Part shown: piece by piece, positions 19,445 through 28,166 of the stretch
Numbering within the stretch: position 1 is the stretch's first letter
Layout: every line of letters begins with the position of its first letter
From: an uncultured Deferribacteres bacterium
Lineage (GTDB): Bacteria > Zhuqueibacterota > Zhuqueibacteria > Zhuqueibacterales > Geothermadaptataceae
Assembly: GCA_964014485.1 (NCBI GenBank)
Contig: CAXHAT010000021.1
Coordinates: 1-56,251, forward strand
DNA: 56,251 nt
Direction of reading: 5' to 3'
Program-made: the position numbers and the translations under genes
The notes under the pieces: generated by a model
The model's input: only the letters and a program-made list of their open reading frames with translations
What the model was told of the DNA's origin: nothing
The model's database searches: none

Positions 19445-19663
19445 CTACTGATTGCTTAAATGCGCCCGCTCCAGCGCCTCGCGATGCTGGTTGGCTTCTT
19501 CGATGGTTTTGAATTTGAAAACCCCGCGCGGACGCTCGATTTTGAGCAGACTTTTCCCCAAAATCAACAATCTCTCGACGCGCTTGAAATACGCCTCGTC
19601 CGGCTCGAAGCACCACTGCGCTTGCTCCGCTTCTTCGAAAGTTTTGTATTTATAAACCGGCAT
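19445..19663 (-). CDS. Small hypothetical protein, copy 1 (PRGVFKFKTIEEAN type)
   Basis: 72 aa; near-identical to 20428..20652. Confidence 0.7.
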   Translation of the reverse strand: MPVYKYKTFEEAEQAQWCFEPDEAYFKRVERLLILGKSLLKIERPRGVFKFKTIEEANQHREALERAHLSNQ

Positions 19664-19700
19664 TTTTATAAATTCTTCTATCGTTTACCGCACGAGTGTT

Positions 19701-20018
19701 TTATGATGCTGCTGGTGCAGCCTGGTACGGCTGAATGGTTTGCAGCATTTTTTCTTCGGACTTTCCCGCAAAATACAAGTCTCGGCGCAGTTGCAGATTC
19801 ATCCAAAAGCCGGGGGACGTGCCAAAATATTTGGCGAGACGCAAAGCAATGCTGGGCGTTACGCCGTTGCGTTCTTCAACCAGATCAGCAATTTCTTGCT
19901 GGGAGGCGTGGATCGCCTTCGCCAATTGCTTTGCCGTCAAGCCCATGGGATTCAAAAATTCTTCTCTGAGCATCTCCCCCGGATGCGTCGGCTTTCTGTG
20001 TGTCGGTATGCGCAGCAT
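19701..20018 (-). CDS. higA: HigA family antitoxin (XRE HTH)
   Basis: PTHPGEMLREEFL...VTPSIALRLAKYFGTSPGFWMNLQ; GGAGG RBS. Confidence 0.92.
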   Translation of the reverse strand: MLRIPTHRKPTHPGEMLREEFLNPMGLTAKQLAKAIHASQQEIADLVEERNGVTPSIALRLAKYFGTSPGFWMNLQLRRDLYFAGKSEEKMLQTIQPYQAAPAAS

Positions 20019-20040
20019 AGAGCCTCCGATTCAAATACGA

Positions 20041-20334
20041 TTAATGATAATCAACAATTTCAACTTCCGCCGGTGCGTCTTCTTGCCAAATAAAACATAT
20101 TCTATACTGATTGTTGATGCGAATGCTGTGTTGTCCGGCGCGATTTCCAAATAAAGCTTCTAAATGATTTCCGGGCGGTAAGCGCAACTCAAGCAAAGAT
20201 TCGACCGAATCAAGTAGATCGAGTTTTCTCGCTGCAACGCGCCAAAGCGGCATTGGGCATATCCGGCGAGCAAATTTGGAACTGACGCCGTTAAAAACAT
20301 CTTCCGTACCGCGATTCTTGAACGACTGGATCAT
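20041..20334 (-). CDS. higB: HigB family toxin
   Basis: MIQSFKNRGTEDVFNG...LRLPPGNHLEAL.GNRAGQHSIRINNQYRICFIW...VEIVDYH; toxin upstream of antitoxin. Confidence 0.92.
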   Translation of the reverse strand: MIQSFKNRGTEDVFNGVSSKFARRICPMPLWRVAARKLDLLDSVESLLELRLPPGNHLEALFGNRAGQHSIRINNQYRICFIWQEDAPAEVEIVDYH

Positions 20335-20427
20335 ATTTTCAAAATAATATGAAGACCCCGCAATTTCAAACACTTTGTGGGTTCAAGCTGTGTGGCCCCA
20401 AAATATACGAGACGGATTTTTCAACGT

Positions 20428-20652
20428 CTATTCTTGAACTTTTCCCAAATGCGCCCCCTCCAACGCCTCGCGATGTTGGTTGGCTTCTTTGATGGTTTTG
20501 AACTTGAATGCCCCGCGCGGACGCTCGATTTTGAGCAGACTCTTCCCCAAAATCAACAATCTCTCCACGCGCTTGAAATACGCCTCGTCCGGCTCGAAGC
20601 ACCACTGCGCTTGCTCCGCTTCTTCGAAAGTTTTGTATTTGTATACCGGCAT
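20428..20652 (-). CDS. Small hypothetical protein, copy 2
   Basis: ATG 20652 with AAGGAG upstream; about 95% nucleotide identity to copy 1 over ~207 bp (11 mismatches counted). Confidence 0.7.
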   Translation of the reverse strand: MPVYKYKTFEEAEQAQWCFEPDEAYFKRVERLLILGKSLLKIERPRGAFKFKTIKEANQHREALEGAHLGKVQE

Positions 20653-21012
20653 TCTCAAGACGCTCCTTCTTTATTTTCCGAATAAACGTATTTCGCTGAA
20701 AATTTTCAGCTTAATTCTAACAGTCTGTGCGCAAAAAATAGCATTCGTGCGCGAACTCAATCTGAGAAGTCAAAGGTTTCAAAGTACAAAAGATGCGAAA
20801 GCTGCATTTGGCTAACGGTGCGAACGCTGGTCACGGTAAGCGGCTAAGTCGGCGTCTGTTGACACTGAACGAGCTGATTCTACAAAAAACTCAACACTTG
20901 TAAGCTTTTGCTTATGGATGCGACCTAACGAAAAATACTTGAGATTCAACGTCGGAATGCTATCTTTCCGGCGACTTTGTTTTAGGAAACGTGAGCATAA
21001 ATTTTCGTTGAT

Positions 21013-24000
21013 ATGAACCATAGTTTTTTTTCTCTTCTGAAGATTCGCAATTTCTTGCTTCAAGCGGCGGCGGCTGTATTTTTATGCCCAGTTGCCGTTT
21101 TAGCTGTGCAGCCGTTTTCTTCGCAAGAAGACCAGCAGCGGAAGGAGATTGGGCTGCATTTTGTTCAAAATTTCGGCCCGAAGGATTATGGCGCGGGCGC
21201 GCAGAATTGGGCGATTGTCCAGGACAAGCAAGGCTTGATGTACTTCGGCAACAGCGCCGGGGTTTTGCAATTTGACGGCGTGTCGTGGCGCGCTATTCCA
21301 ACCGCGAATGCTTCAACCGTACGCTCGCTGGATATTGACGCCGACGGGCGGATTTTTGTCGGCGCACAGGGCGAAATCGGCTACCTGGCCGTTGATCCGC
21401 ACGAATCCGATTCGAAAATGGGGCGCTTGCGATACGTTTCTCTTCTCAACCACATCCCCGAAGACAAACGCGATTTTTCCGATGTTTGGGAAACATGTGT
21501 CACCAGCGGCGGCGTCTTTTTCCGAACGAATAAGCGCCTTTTCAGGTGGCGGGATGACGGGCGGGGCAACGGCAAAATGACGGTGTGGGTGGCGGAAGCG
21601 ACTTTCGATTACGCTTTTTCGGTTCACGACACGCTTTACGTTGGCAAGACGCACGAAGGGCTTTGGCGCATCGTCGATGATTCGCTGCGACAGGCGCCGG
21701 ACAACGAGCGTTTAAGCGGTGAGTATGTGGCGGTCATGCTGCCGTTCGTTGGACAAACGCCGCCAAAATCGCTGGCCGCAACAGGGCGCGGGAATCTTTC
21801 TGTTTATGACGGCGGCGGCTTTGAGAACTTTGACGCAGCTCCGGAAGCGAAGGAATTGTTACGCAAGTACAGAATATTTCGCGGCGCGGTCATGGCGGAC
21901 AGTTCTTTCGTTATCAATATGCTCGGCGCCGGCGCCGTGGTTCTCGATCAGCAAGGCGCTTTTACGGACTTTCTGAACAAGAAATCCGGGTTGCGGGACG
22001 AAGACATTTTCTCGGCTTTCAGCGATCGTGAAGGCGGACTTTGGCTGGCTTTCAATAACGGACTTGCTCGAATCGAAACGCCATCGCGCCTGACGGAATT
22101 CGGCGAGACGCACGGCGCGGCGACCAACTTCGAGACGATGATTCGTCACAACGACGTTCTCTACGCGGCGTCCGGCATTGGCCCGGTCTATTTTTCACCG
22201 CCGGAATCAGCGAATGAAACCGGGCGGTTTGAGCACATTGTCCAGCAGCCGTTTCAAGCGTTCGATTTGGCATTGGTAAACGAGTCTCTGTTTGCCGCCG
22301 GCGCTTCGGGCACTTATCTCATTGATCAAAAAGCCCGCACTCTCGTCTGGCGGCAATATGCTTACAGCCTTGAACCATCGCGCTATAACGAAAAAATGGT
22401 ATTCATCGGCCTGCAAGAAGGCATGGCGGTTCTACAACAAATCGGGGGAGAATGGCGCTATGCCGGGCGGGTAAAGGGCGTTACGGAACAAATTAGAACG
22501 ATTACCGAAGAAGCGCCGGGCGTGCTGTGGCTCGGCACGAGAAATCGCGGCGTTGTCCGCTTGCGAATTCCAGATTTGAACTCACCTCAACCGTTGACGC
22601 GCGCAGCAGCAACGGCTGACTATGACAGGAGCGCCTATACAACGACCTGGGATTTGAAGCAGGAAGAAGCCATTGAGGCGGAAGTAGATCGCTTTGGGGC
22701 CGAAAACGGCTTGCCGGATGGTCACATCTATACGTATTTTGCAAACAAGAGAGTCTACTTTGTTTCGTTGAAAGGGTTGAAGTTTTTTGATGAAAAAAGC
22801 CGCCGGTTTTTACCTGACTCATCTCTGGGGGAGATCTTCGCCGACACGACTTGTTGGGTAAATCCAATCGTTGAAGGGGATGACGGAAAAATCTGGCTGA
22901 CGCGAACCGTGGATAATAAAACGACGGTTTACATTGGAAAGCCAACCAGCGGCGGAAGCTACGATTGGGACGGCCGGCCGTTCCGGCGCATGTCTGGCGA
23001 AGGCGTTGCGGTCAACGGCATTTACTTGGATGAAAAATTTTCTGACGTCGCCTGGTTTTGCACTTCAGAAGGCGTAGTGCGCTATGATGCTTCAATCCAC
23101 AAAAAGTATGATGTGAATTTTCCGGCGTTGGTGCGCCGCGTGATAATAAATGGGGATTCGGCGATCTATTTTGGGGATCGCAAAGCCGACCGCCGCGCCA
23201 TGAACGCTCCGGTTTTGAATTATCAGAATAATGCTCTGCGTTTTGAGTACGCGGCTCTGAGTTTTGAGCGTCCTGGGGCCAATCGTTTTCAAGTTTTTTT
23301 GCAAGGTTTTGACGAGACGTGGTCAGGCTGGACGAACGAGACGCAAAAGGATTACACCAACCTGCCGGAAGGCGATTATGCTTTTCGGGTGCGCGCGGAA
23401 AATGTTTACGGCCATCTTAGCAAAGAAGACGCGTTCGCTTTTTCGATTTTGCCGCCGTGGTATCGGACGGTGTGGGCTTACGTTTTCTATGTTATTTTTA
23501 TTGCTGGAGCGCTCTACTCGTTCGTGCGCTTGCGGCTGCAGCGCTTGCGGCAGCAGAAGCGCGAACTCGAGGCGGTGGTCGCGGATCGGACGATGGAATT
23601 GGCTGAGAAGAACGAAAAATTGCAGGAAATGGATCGCATCAAGTCGCGTTTTTTCGCCAACATCTCCCACGAATTCCGCACGCCGCTAACGCTTGTTCTT
23701 GGTCAGATCGACAATGTTCTGCCAAGTCAAAAAGACAAGAGAAACGTCGGCAAGCTGAAAATGGCGCATCGTAACGGCGTGCAACTGCTGCGAATGATCA
23801 ATCAGTTGCTCGATCTTTCGAAAATCGAAGCCGGGAAAATGAATCTCAACGGAAGCCCGCGTAACATCGTCCCGGTTCTGCGCGCGCTCACGCATTCATT
23901 TGAATCGTTGGCCTGGAAAAAGAAAATTCAACTCTCTTTTAAAAGCGAGGAAGAAACGGTCATCGTCAATTTTGAGCAGGACAAAATTGAAAAGATTATG

Positions 24001-25254
24001 CACAACCTGCTCTCGAACGCGATGAAATTCACGCCTGACGACGGCAGAGTCAGTGTACTGTTAACTGTGAACTGTAAACCGAAATCTGTAAGCGGTCAGT
24101 CTACAGCTTACAGCTTACAGATTTATGTCCGCGACAGCGGAATCGGCATTCCAGCGGATCGACTGCCCCAAATTTTCGACCGATTTTTTCAAGCGGATCA
24201 TCTGGCAACGCGTGAGTATGAAGGCACGGGCATCGGTTTGGCGCTGACGAAAGAGTTGGTCGAGCTGCACGGCGGCTCAATCTCCGTGAAGAGCGAGATC
24301 GGAAAAGGTTCTACGTTCGTTGTTCATCTGCCTGTGGCGCGGGAAGCCGGAGAATGGAAGACGGAAAATGGAGGAGGGCAGTCTGAAGAAGATCGTAGCT
24401 CAAGCAATGAAGATACGGTTAGCCAAGAAAGCGCGACACAATTCAATGTTCACTCGGAAGCGGACAGTTCTGAGCGCGATGTTCCATCCTCCGTTCCTCA
24501 TTCTCCTTCCTCCGTATTAATAATCGAAGACAACGATGACGTCCGCCAGTTCATTCGCGATGGGCTGGAAGAAAATTACAACGTTCTTGAAGCGCCGGAC
24601 GGCGAGCAAGGGCTGGCGAAGGCGCAGGAAAAAATGCCGGACTTGATTATCACCGACGTCATGATGCCGAAAATGGACGGTTACGCATTGGTGCGGCGGC
24701 TGCGTGAAGACCCATTGACCAGTCACATCCCGATCATCATGGTCACCGCCAAAGCCGCCGAAGAGGAAAGGCTGGAAGGTCTGGAATCCGGCGTGGACGC
24801 TTATCTCGTAAAGCCGTTCAATACGAAAGAATTGCACGTTCGTGTGCGCAAGCTCATTGAGTTGCGGCAAAAGCTTCGTGAACAGTGGTTGAAAAATCCC
24901 AAAATCAGCGTTTCGGAAATCGCCGTCGCCTCCGCTGATCAGAGATTCCTGGATCGCCTCCTTAAAATCGCCGAAGAAAATATGGGCGAGGAGAATTTTA
25001 CCATCGACGATCTCAGCGTGAAAGCCGGGATGAGCAAGCGGCAGCTTAACCGCAAGCTCAAGGCGCTACTGGATTGCTCCGCTTCCGCCTATTTGCGCAC
25101 CGTTCGTTTGGAACGTGCGAAACAATTGCTCGAGCAAAGCGCCGGAACCGTCTCCGAAATCGCCTTCGAAGTCGGCTTCAGTCACACTTCAGCCTTCACC
25201 CGCGCCTTCCGCGACGCTTACGGCAAGCCGCCGAAGGAATTCCTCGGAAAGTAG
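21013..25254 (+). CDS. Hybrid two-component sensor: periplasmic beta-propeller + YYY domain, TM, HisKA, HATPase, receiver, AraC HTH
   Basis: YTNLPEGDY.FRVRA, ILPPWYRT, FANISHEFRTPL, NLLSNAMKFT, GTGIGL, ITDVMMPKMDG, SEIAFEVGF...F.RAF...YG..P. Confidence 0.95.
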   Translation: MNHSFFSLLKIRNFLLQAAAAVFLCPVAVLAVQPFSSQEDQQRKEIGLHFVQNFGPKDYGAGAQNWAIVQDKQGLMYFGNSAGVLQFDGVSWRAIPTANASTVRSLDIDADGRIFVGAQGEIGYLAVDPHESDSKMGRLRYVSLLNHIPEDKRDFSDVWETCVTSGGVFFRTNKRLFRWRDDGRGNGKMTVWVAEATFDYAFSVHDTLYVGKTHEGLWRIVDDSLRQAPDNERLSGEYVAVMLPFVGQTPPKSLAATGRGNLSVYDGGGFENFDAAPEAKELLRKYRIFRGAVMADSSFVINMLGAGAVVLDQQGAFTDFLNKKSGLRDEDIFSAFSDREGGLWLAFNNGLARIETPSRLTEFGETHGAATNFETMIRHNDVLYAASGIGPVYFSPPESANETGRFEHIVQQPFQAFDLALVNESLFAAGASGTYLIDQKARTLVWRQYAYSLEPSRYNEKMVFIGLQEGMAVLQQIGGEWRYAGRVKGVTEQIRTITEEAPGVLWLGTRNRGVVRLRIPDLNSPQPLTRAAATADYDRSAYTTTWDLKQEEAIEAEVDRFGAENGLPDGHIYTYFANKRVYFVSLKGLKFFDEKSRRFLPDSSLGEIFADTTCWVNPIVEGDDGKIWLTRTVDNKTTVYIGKPTSGGSYDWDGRPFRRMSGEGVAVNGIYLDEKFSDVAWFCTSEGVVRYDASIHKKYDVNFPALVRRVIINGDSAIYFGDRKADRRAMNAPVLNYQNNALRFEYAALSFERPGANRFQVFLQGFDETWSGWTNETQKDYTNLPEGDYAFRVRAENVYGHLSKEDAFAFSILPPWYRTVWAYVFYVIFIAGALYSFVRLRLQRLRQQKRELEAVVADRTMELAEKNEKLQEMDRIKSRFFANISHEFRTPLTLVLGQIDNVLPSQKDKRNVGKLKMAHRNGVQLLRMINQLLDLSKIEAGKMNLNGSPRNIVPVLRALTHSFESLAWKKKIQLSFKSEEETVIVNFEQDKIEKIMHNLLSNAMKFTPDDGRVSVLLTVNCKPKSVSGQSTAYSLQIYVRDSGIGIPADRLPQIFDRFFQADHLATREYEGTGIGLALTKELVELHGGSISVKSEIGKGSTFVVHLPVAREAGEWKTENGGGQSEEDRSSSNEDTVSQESATQFNVHSEADSSERDVPSSVPHSPSSVLIIEDNDDVRQFIRDGLEENYNVLEAPDGEQGLAKAQEKMPDLIITDVMMPKMDGYALVRRLREDPLTSHIPIIMVTAKAAEEERLEGLESGVDAYLVKPFNTKELHVRVRKLIELRQKLREQWLKNPKISVSEIAVASADQRFLDRLLKIAEENMGEENFTIDDLSVKAGMSKRQLNRKLKALLDCSASAYLRTVRLERAKQLLEQSAGTVSEIAFEVGFSHTSAFTRAFRDAYGKPPKEFLGK
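24058..24120. repeat. 63-nt heptamer-repeat palindrome in frame in the HATPase loop
   Basis: CTGTTAA CTGTGAA CTGTAAA CCGAAAT CTGTAAG CGGTCAG TCTACAG CTTACAG CTTACAG; same family as 30090-30162. Confidence 0.7.
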
Positions 25255-25437
25255 AGTTCTTTCTGGTGTGTTGGAGAATTGGATTGTTGGAGTTATGCTT
25301 CATCACTCCCAATCTGGAAATTCCTAAAAACAGGCGTCAAATTCCATTTTTTCAAGCAACCGAGATTCACTTTGATAAAACCGCATGTTTGGGATTCAAA
25401 TTTTGCCAAATAATAGCAGGAAATAATTTTACAGGCG

Positions 25438-26682
25438 TTATGAAATCGCTTGCATTAAATCTTCCGCCGAGACGTCTGAAAAATCGCCGAAATCAGCCGG
25501 TTCTCGTTCGATAATCGCCGTTGGAATATTCGCTACCAGTGTGTTCCACTGCGATTCGCTCATCGATTCGATGAACTTGGCGAAGCTCTCGGAACGCTCG
25601 TTTTGCGGCAAGTATTTGCGGTACATTTTGACCATACCCTTGAGCATCGAAAGATAAGGTTGCAAATCTGTGGTCGTCGAGGCCGCCTCGCTGTCGATCC
25701 AGGCGACGGGAACTTTGACGATTTCGTTTGATGAGCGCAATTCGGTTTTGAGTAGCAACTCAATGTCAAAGGCGAATTTTTTCTCAATCATGTCGCCGAT
25801 AATACCGCGTACCAAATCCGCGCGGAAAGCCTTGAAGCCGCACTGCGTATCCACGACATAGTTCAAGTTGGTGATGATCCGTTTCCAAAGATAGATGAAT
25901 AATTTACCGCGATCGTTGCGCCCGCCTTTTTTGATCACAATCGAAGCGTCTTCGCGCCGAGAGCCGATGGCCGCGCCTTTCCCCTGATTCAAAATGCCGT
26001 CCGCCAACAGGCCGATTTGACCAAGATGGGTGGAGAGATCGGCGTCGGTGAAAAGAATGATGTGATTGGGCTTTTCTTGCTGCGCCGCGCGCCACATGCC
26101 AAACGCCACGCCGCCGCCTTTTTGACTGTCGCTGGTCGCCGTCATTGGCTGTGTGACGGGCAAGTTTTCGCGAATGGCGTTTTCCAGAAAATAGATGCGC
26201 ACGTTGTCGCCGTCATATTTTTTCGCGAGAATTTCCTGAGCAATTTGGCCGCTATTTTCCGGACAGCCGTCATCGACGATAGTCAAATCCCAGGAAAAGT
26301 TTGGCGCGTCGGCGAAAAGCCACTGCAATTGCGAAATTTTTCTCAGCAAGAAATTCTCGCCGTGCGGGTGTTCTTCCTGTGTGCGAATGCGCGTGTGCTC
26401 CTTGTAAACGGCAAAGACGACGGAGACGTGCGCTTCCTGCTTGAAATCCTGAACAATGCGTTTCGATTTTGCCAGCTTAGCGGCAAGGTGCAGCGCCAAC
26501 GGATGTTTGTCCTTTTCTGAAGACAACTCCGTTTCCAGATTTTGCAACTCATCTCGCGTCTCAAAAACGGCGAAAAGATCGGAAGCGGCTTTTTTGACTT
26601 TTTCCAGATGCGATTCGTTGGTTAAAAGAAGTTCGGCTGGGGCGGAAGCAAGAACGGCTTGGGGAATGCGGTCGTACAACAT
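25438..26682 (-). CDS. Glycosyltransferase family 2 (polyprenol-phosphate glycosyltransferase-like)
   Basis: VDDGCP, KGG, FTDADLS, GSR, DTQCGFKAF, FAFDIELL motifs; GAGGTG RBS. Confidence 0.85.
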   Translation of the reverse strand: MLYDRIPQAVLASAPAELLLTNESHLEKVKKAASDLFAVFETRDELQNLETELSSEKDKHPLALHLAAKLAKSKRIVQDFKQEAHVSVVFAVYKEHTRIRTQEEHPHGENFLLRKISQLQWLFADAPNFSWDLTIVDDGCPENSGQIAQEILAKKYDGDNVRIYFLENAIRENLPVTQPMTATSDSQKGGGVAFGMWRAAQQEKPNHIILFTDADLSTHLGQIGLLADGILNQGKGAAIGSRREDASIVIKKGGRNDRGKLFIYLWKRIITNLNYVVDTQCGFKAFRADLVRGIIGDMIEKKFAFDIELLLKTELRSSNEIVKVPVAWIDSEAASTTTDLQPYLSMLKGMVKMYRKYLPQNERSESFAKFIESMSESQWNTLVANIPTAIIEREPADFGDFSDVSAEDLMQAIS

Positions 26683-26990
26683 ATCAAAATCACCTCAAAA
26701 AGCATGAACGTACCAGATTGCGAAGCTAAGGATAAAACGTGGTGCTGTGTAATATACGACCATAGCGACGGTAACGAGAAACGGAAATGTATGAAAACCG
26801 CGCTGAAGGCGGGGGCGTTGAAAAAACGGTGCAATTCAGCAAAAACGCGCCCGCTCTCGGGCTCTGCTGCATTTCGTCGCTACAATGTCAAACTCTGTCG
26901 CTGGGGTGTTAGACTAAATCTCCCGCACTCGTTAGCTTTGTCTACTTTTTTCATCGAACCAATTCTTAACGAGAGAAGGAGAATTTATCC

Positions 26991-27839
26991 ATGAACCGAA
27001 TTCGAAATCTGATTTCAGCTTGCTTTATATTAATTGGCATGAATGCTCTGTTTGCCCAGGTGCATCCCAAAAAACAAGTCTATGCCGATCACCAAAAATG
27101 GTCGGCCACCGCTCCGGGTGACGTGAAACTGAAAAACTTCCGACCGTTCCGCGCTGTTTATGAGCGACATTACAAAGTGAGTTCCGGCCCCAACAAAGGC
27201 GAACCCAGACAAGATCGCGTCATTGTGACTGCTGAAGAAGTGGCCTGGCACGGTAAGCGCGTCGCACTGATCACGCTCATTGACTCAGGGAATTTGCAGC
27301 AGGAAGATACCAACGCACGGTCGCTATCCATGTACGTCAATCTTGAAGACTTGAGCGTGCTCTTTGAAGTCGGTCCAATCCCGGGCAAGGCGAAGGATTA
27401 TTATGTAGGAAATATCATGGAGGATAAAGCCGTGATGTCTTTTGTCATGTCTGAATCGGGCCAATCGCAGACGCAGAATATGGAACTCACTCAATCCGGT
27501 TTCGGCCCGGGCACTTGGGCGATGGCTTCGATGGATCTGCAAAAAGATATGAAGATTCGCCTGGCCCCGTTCTACAGCCCGAAGGGCAACGCCATTGCCG
27601 GTCGTGACTTCGCGCGTGCGTTGCGGCAAGAAAATTACAAGGCCGGCGGCAAGAAGTTCAAGGCTTGGGTCGTTGAAGCTGTGGCCAGTTTAAGCAATTC
27701 TCGCGTGCAGCACCGGTACTTGACTGATCAACCGCCGTATTATTTGGGAACGGAATCCATCGATCTGGACGGCGGGGAAAACAGGACGTTTATGAAGTTG
27801 GCGTCATTTGAATATCTGGATAATACAGCAGGGAAGTGA
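26991..27839 (+). CDS. Secreted hypothetical protein
   Basis: AAGGAG RBS; signal peptide LFA-Q; no family recognised with confidence. Confidence 0.75.
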   Translation: MNRIRNLISACFILIGMNALFAQVHPKKQVYADHQKWSATAPGDVKLKNFRPFRAVYERHYKVSSGPNKGEPRQDRVIVTAEEVAWHGKRVALITLIDSGNLQQEDTNARSLSMYVNLEDLSVLFEVGPIPGKAKDYYVGNIMEDKAVMSFVMSESGQSQTQNMELTQSGFGPGTWAMASMDLQKDMKIRLAPFYSPKGNAIAGRDFARALRQENYKAGGKKFKAWVVEAVASLSNSRVQHRYLTDQPPYYLGTESIDLDGGENRTFMKLASFEYLDNTAGK

Positions 27840-27844
27840 AGAAA

Positions 27845-28107
27845 GTAGGGGCGTATCGAAACGCCCCTACAATCTATAGCTGAGAAACGGAGTGCAAGGC
27901 TTGCCTTGCCATATCGTCGAAGGCTATTTCAGAAAAGTTCGTTCTGAATCCTGTATTTGCCGGGTTACCCTTGCAAGCGACTTGAAAGGGGACTGTCCAA
28001 AAACATAAAACTTGCAGAGCGATATACAACATGCCGTAGGGGTTCAAGATTTTGAACCCCTACATATGGTATGTCTGCTATTCAGATGCCTTGTTTTTGG
28101 ACAGCCC
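27845..28107. repeat. Cluster of GTAG-type REP palindromes and a MITE-like inverted repeat
   Basis: GTAGGGGCGTATCGAAACGCCCCTAC (27845-27870); GTAGGGGTTCAAGATTTTGAACCCCTAC (28036-28063) nested in a perfect 13-bp IR CTGTCCAAAAACA (27993-28005)/TGTTTTTGGACAG (28092-28104). Confidence 0.7.
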
Positions 28108-28166
28108 ACTCCTTGCTTTTGCTTTAGAAACGCCACTGAATCCACATTTTGAAGGAATTTTATCTT

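Noticed and set aside
20810..20865. Integron attC-like site (GGCTAAC...GTTGACA) beside the TA cluster
   Set aside because: The ends are not properly complementary, internal pairing is poor, and I saw no similar sites between the other small genes and no integrase.
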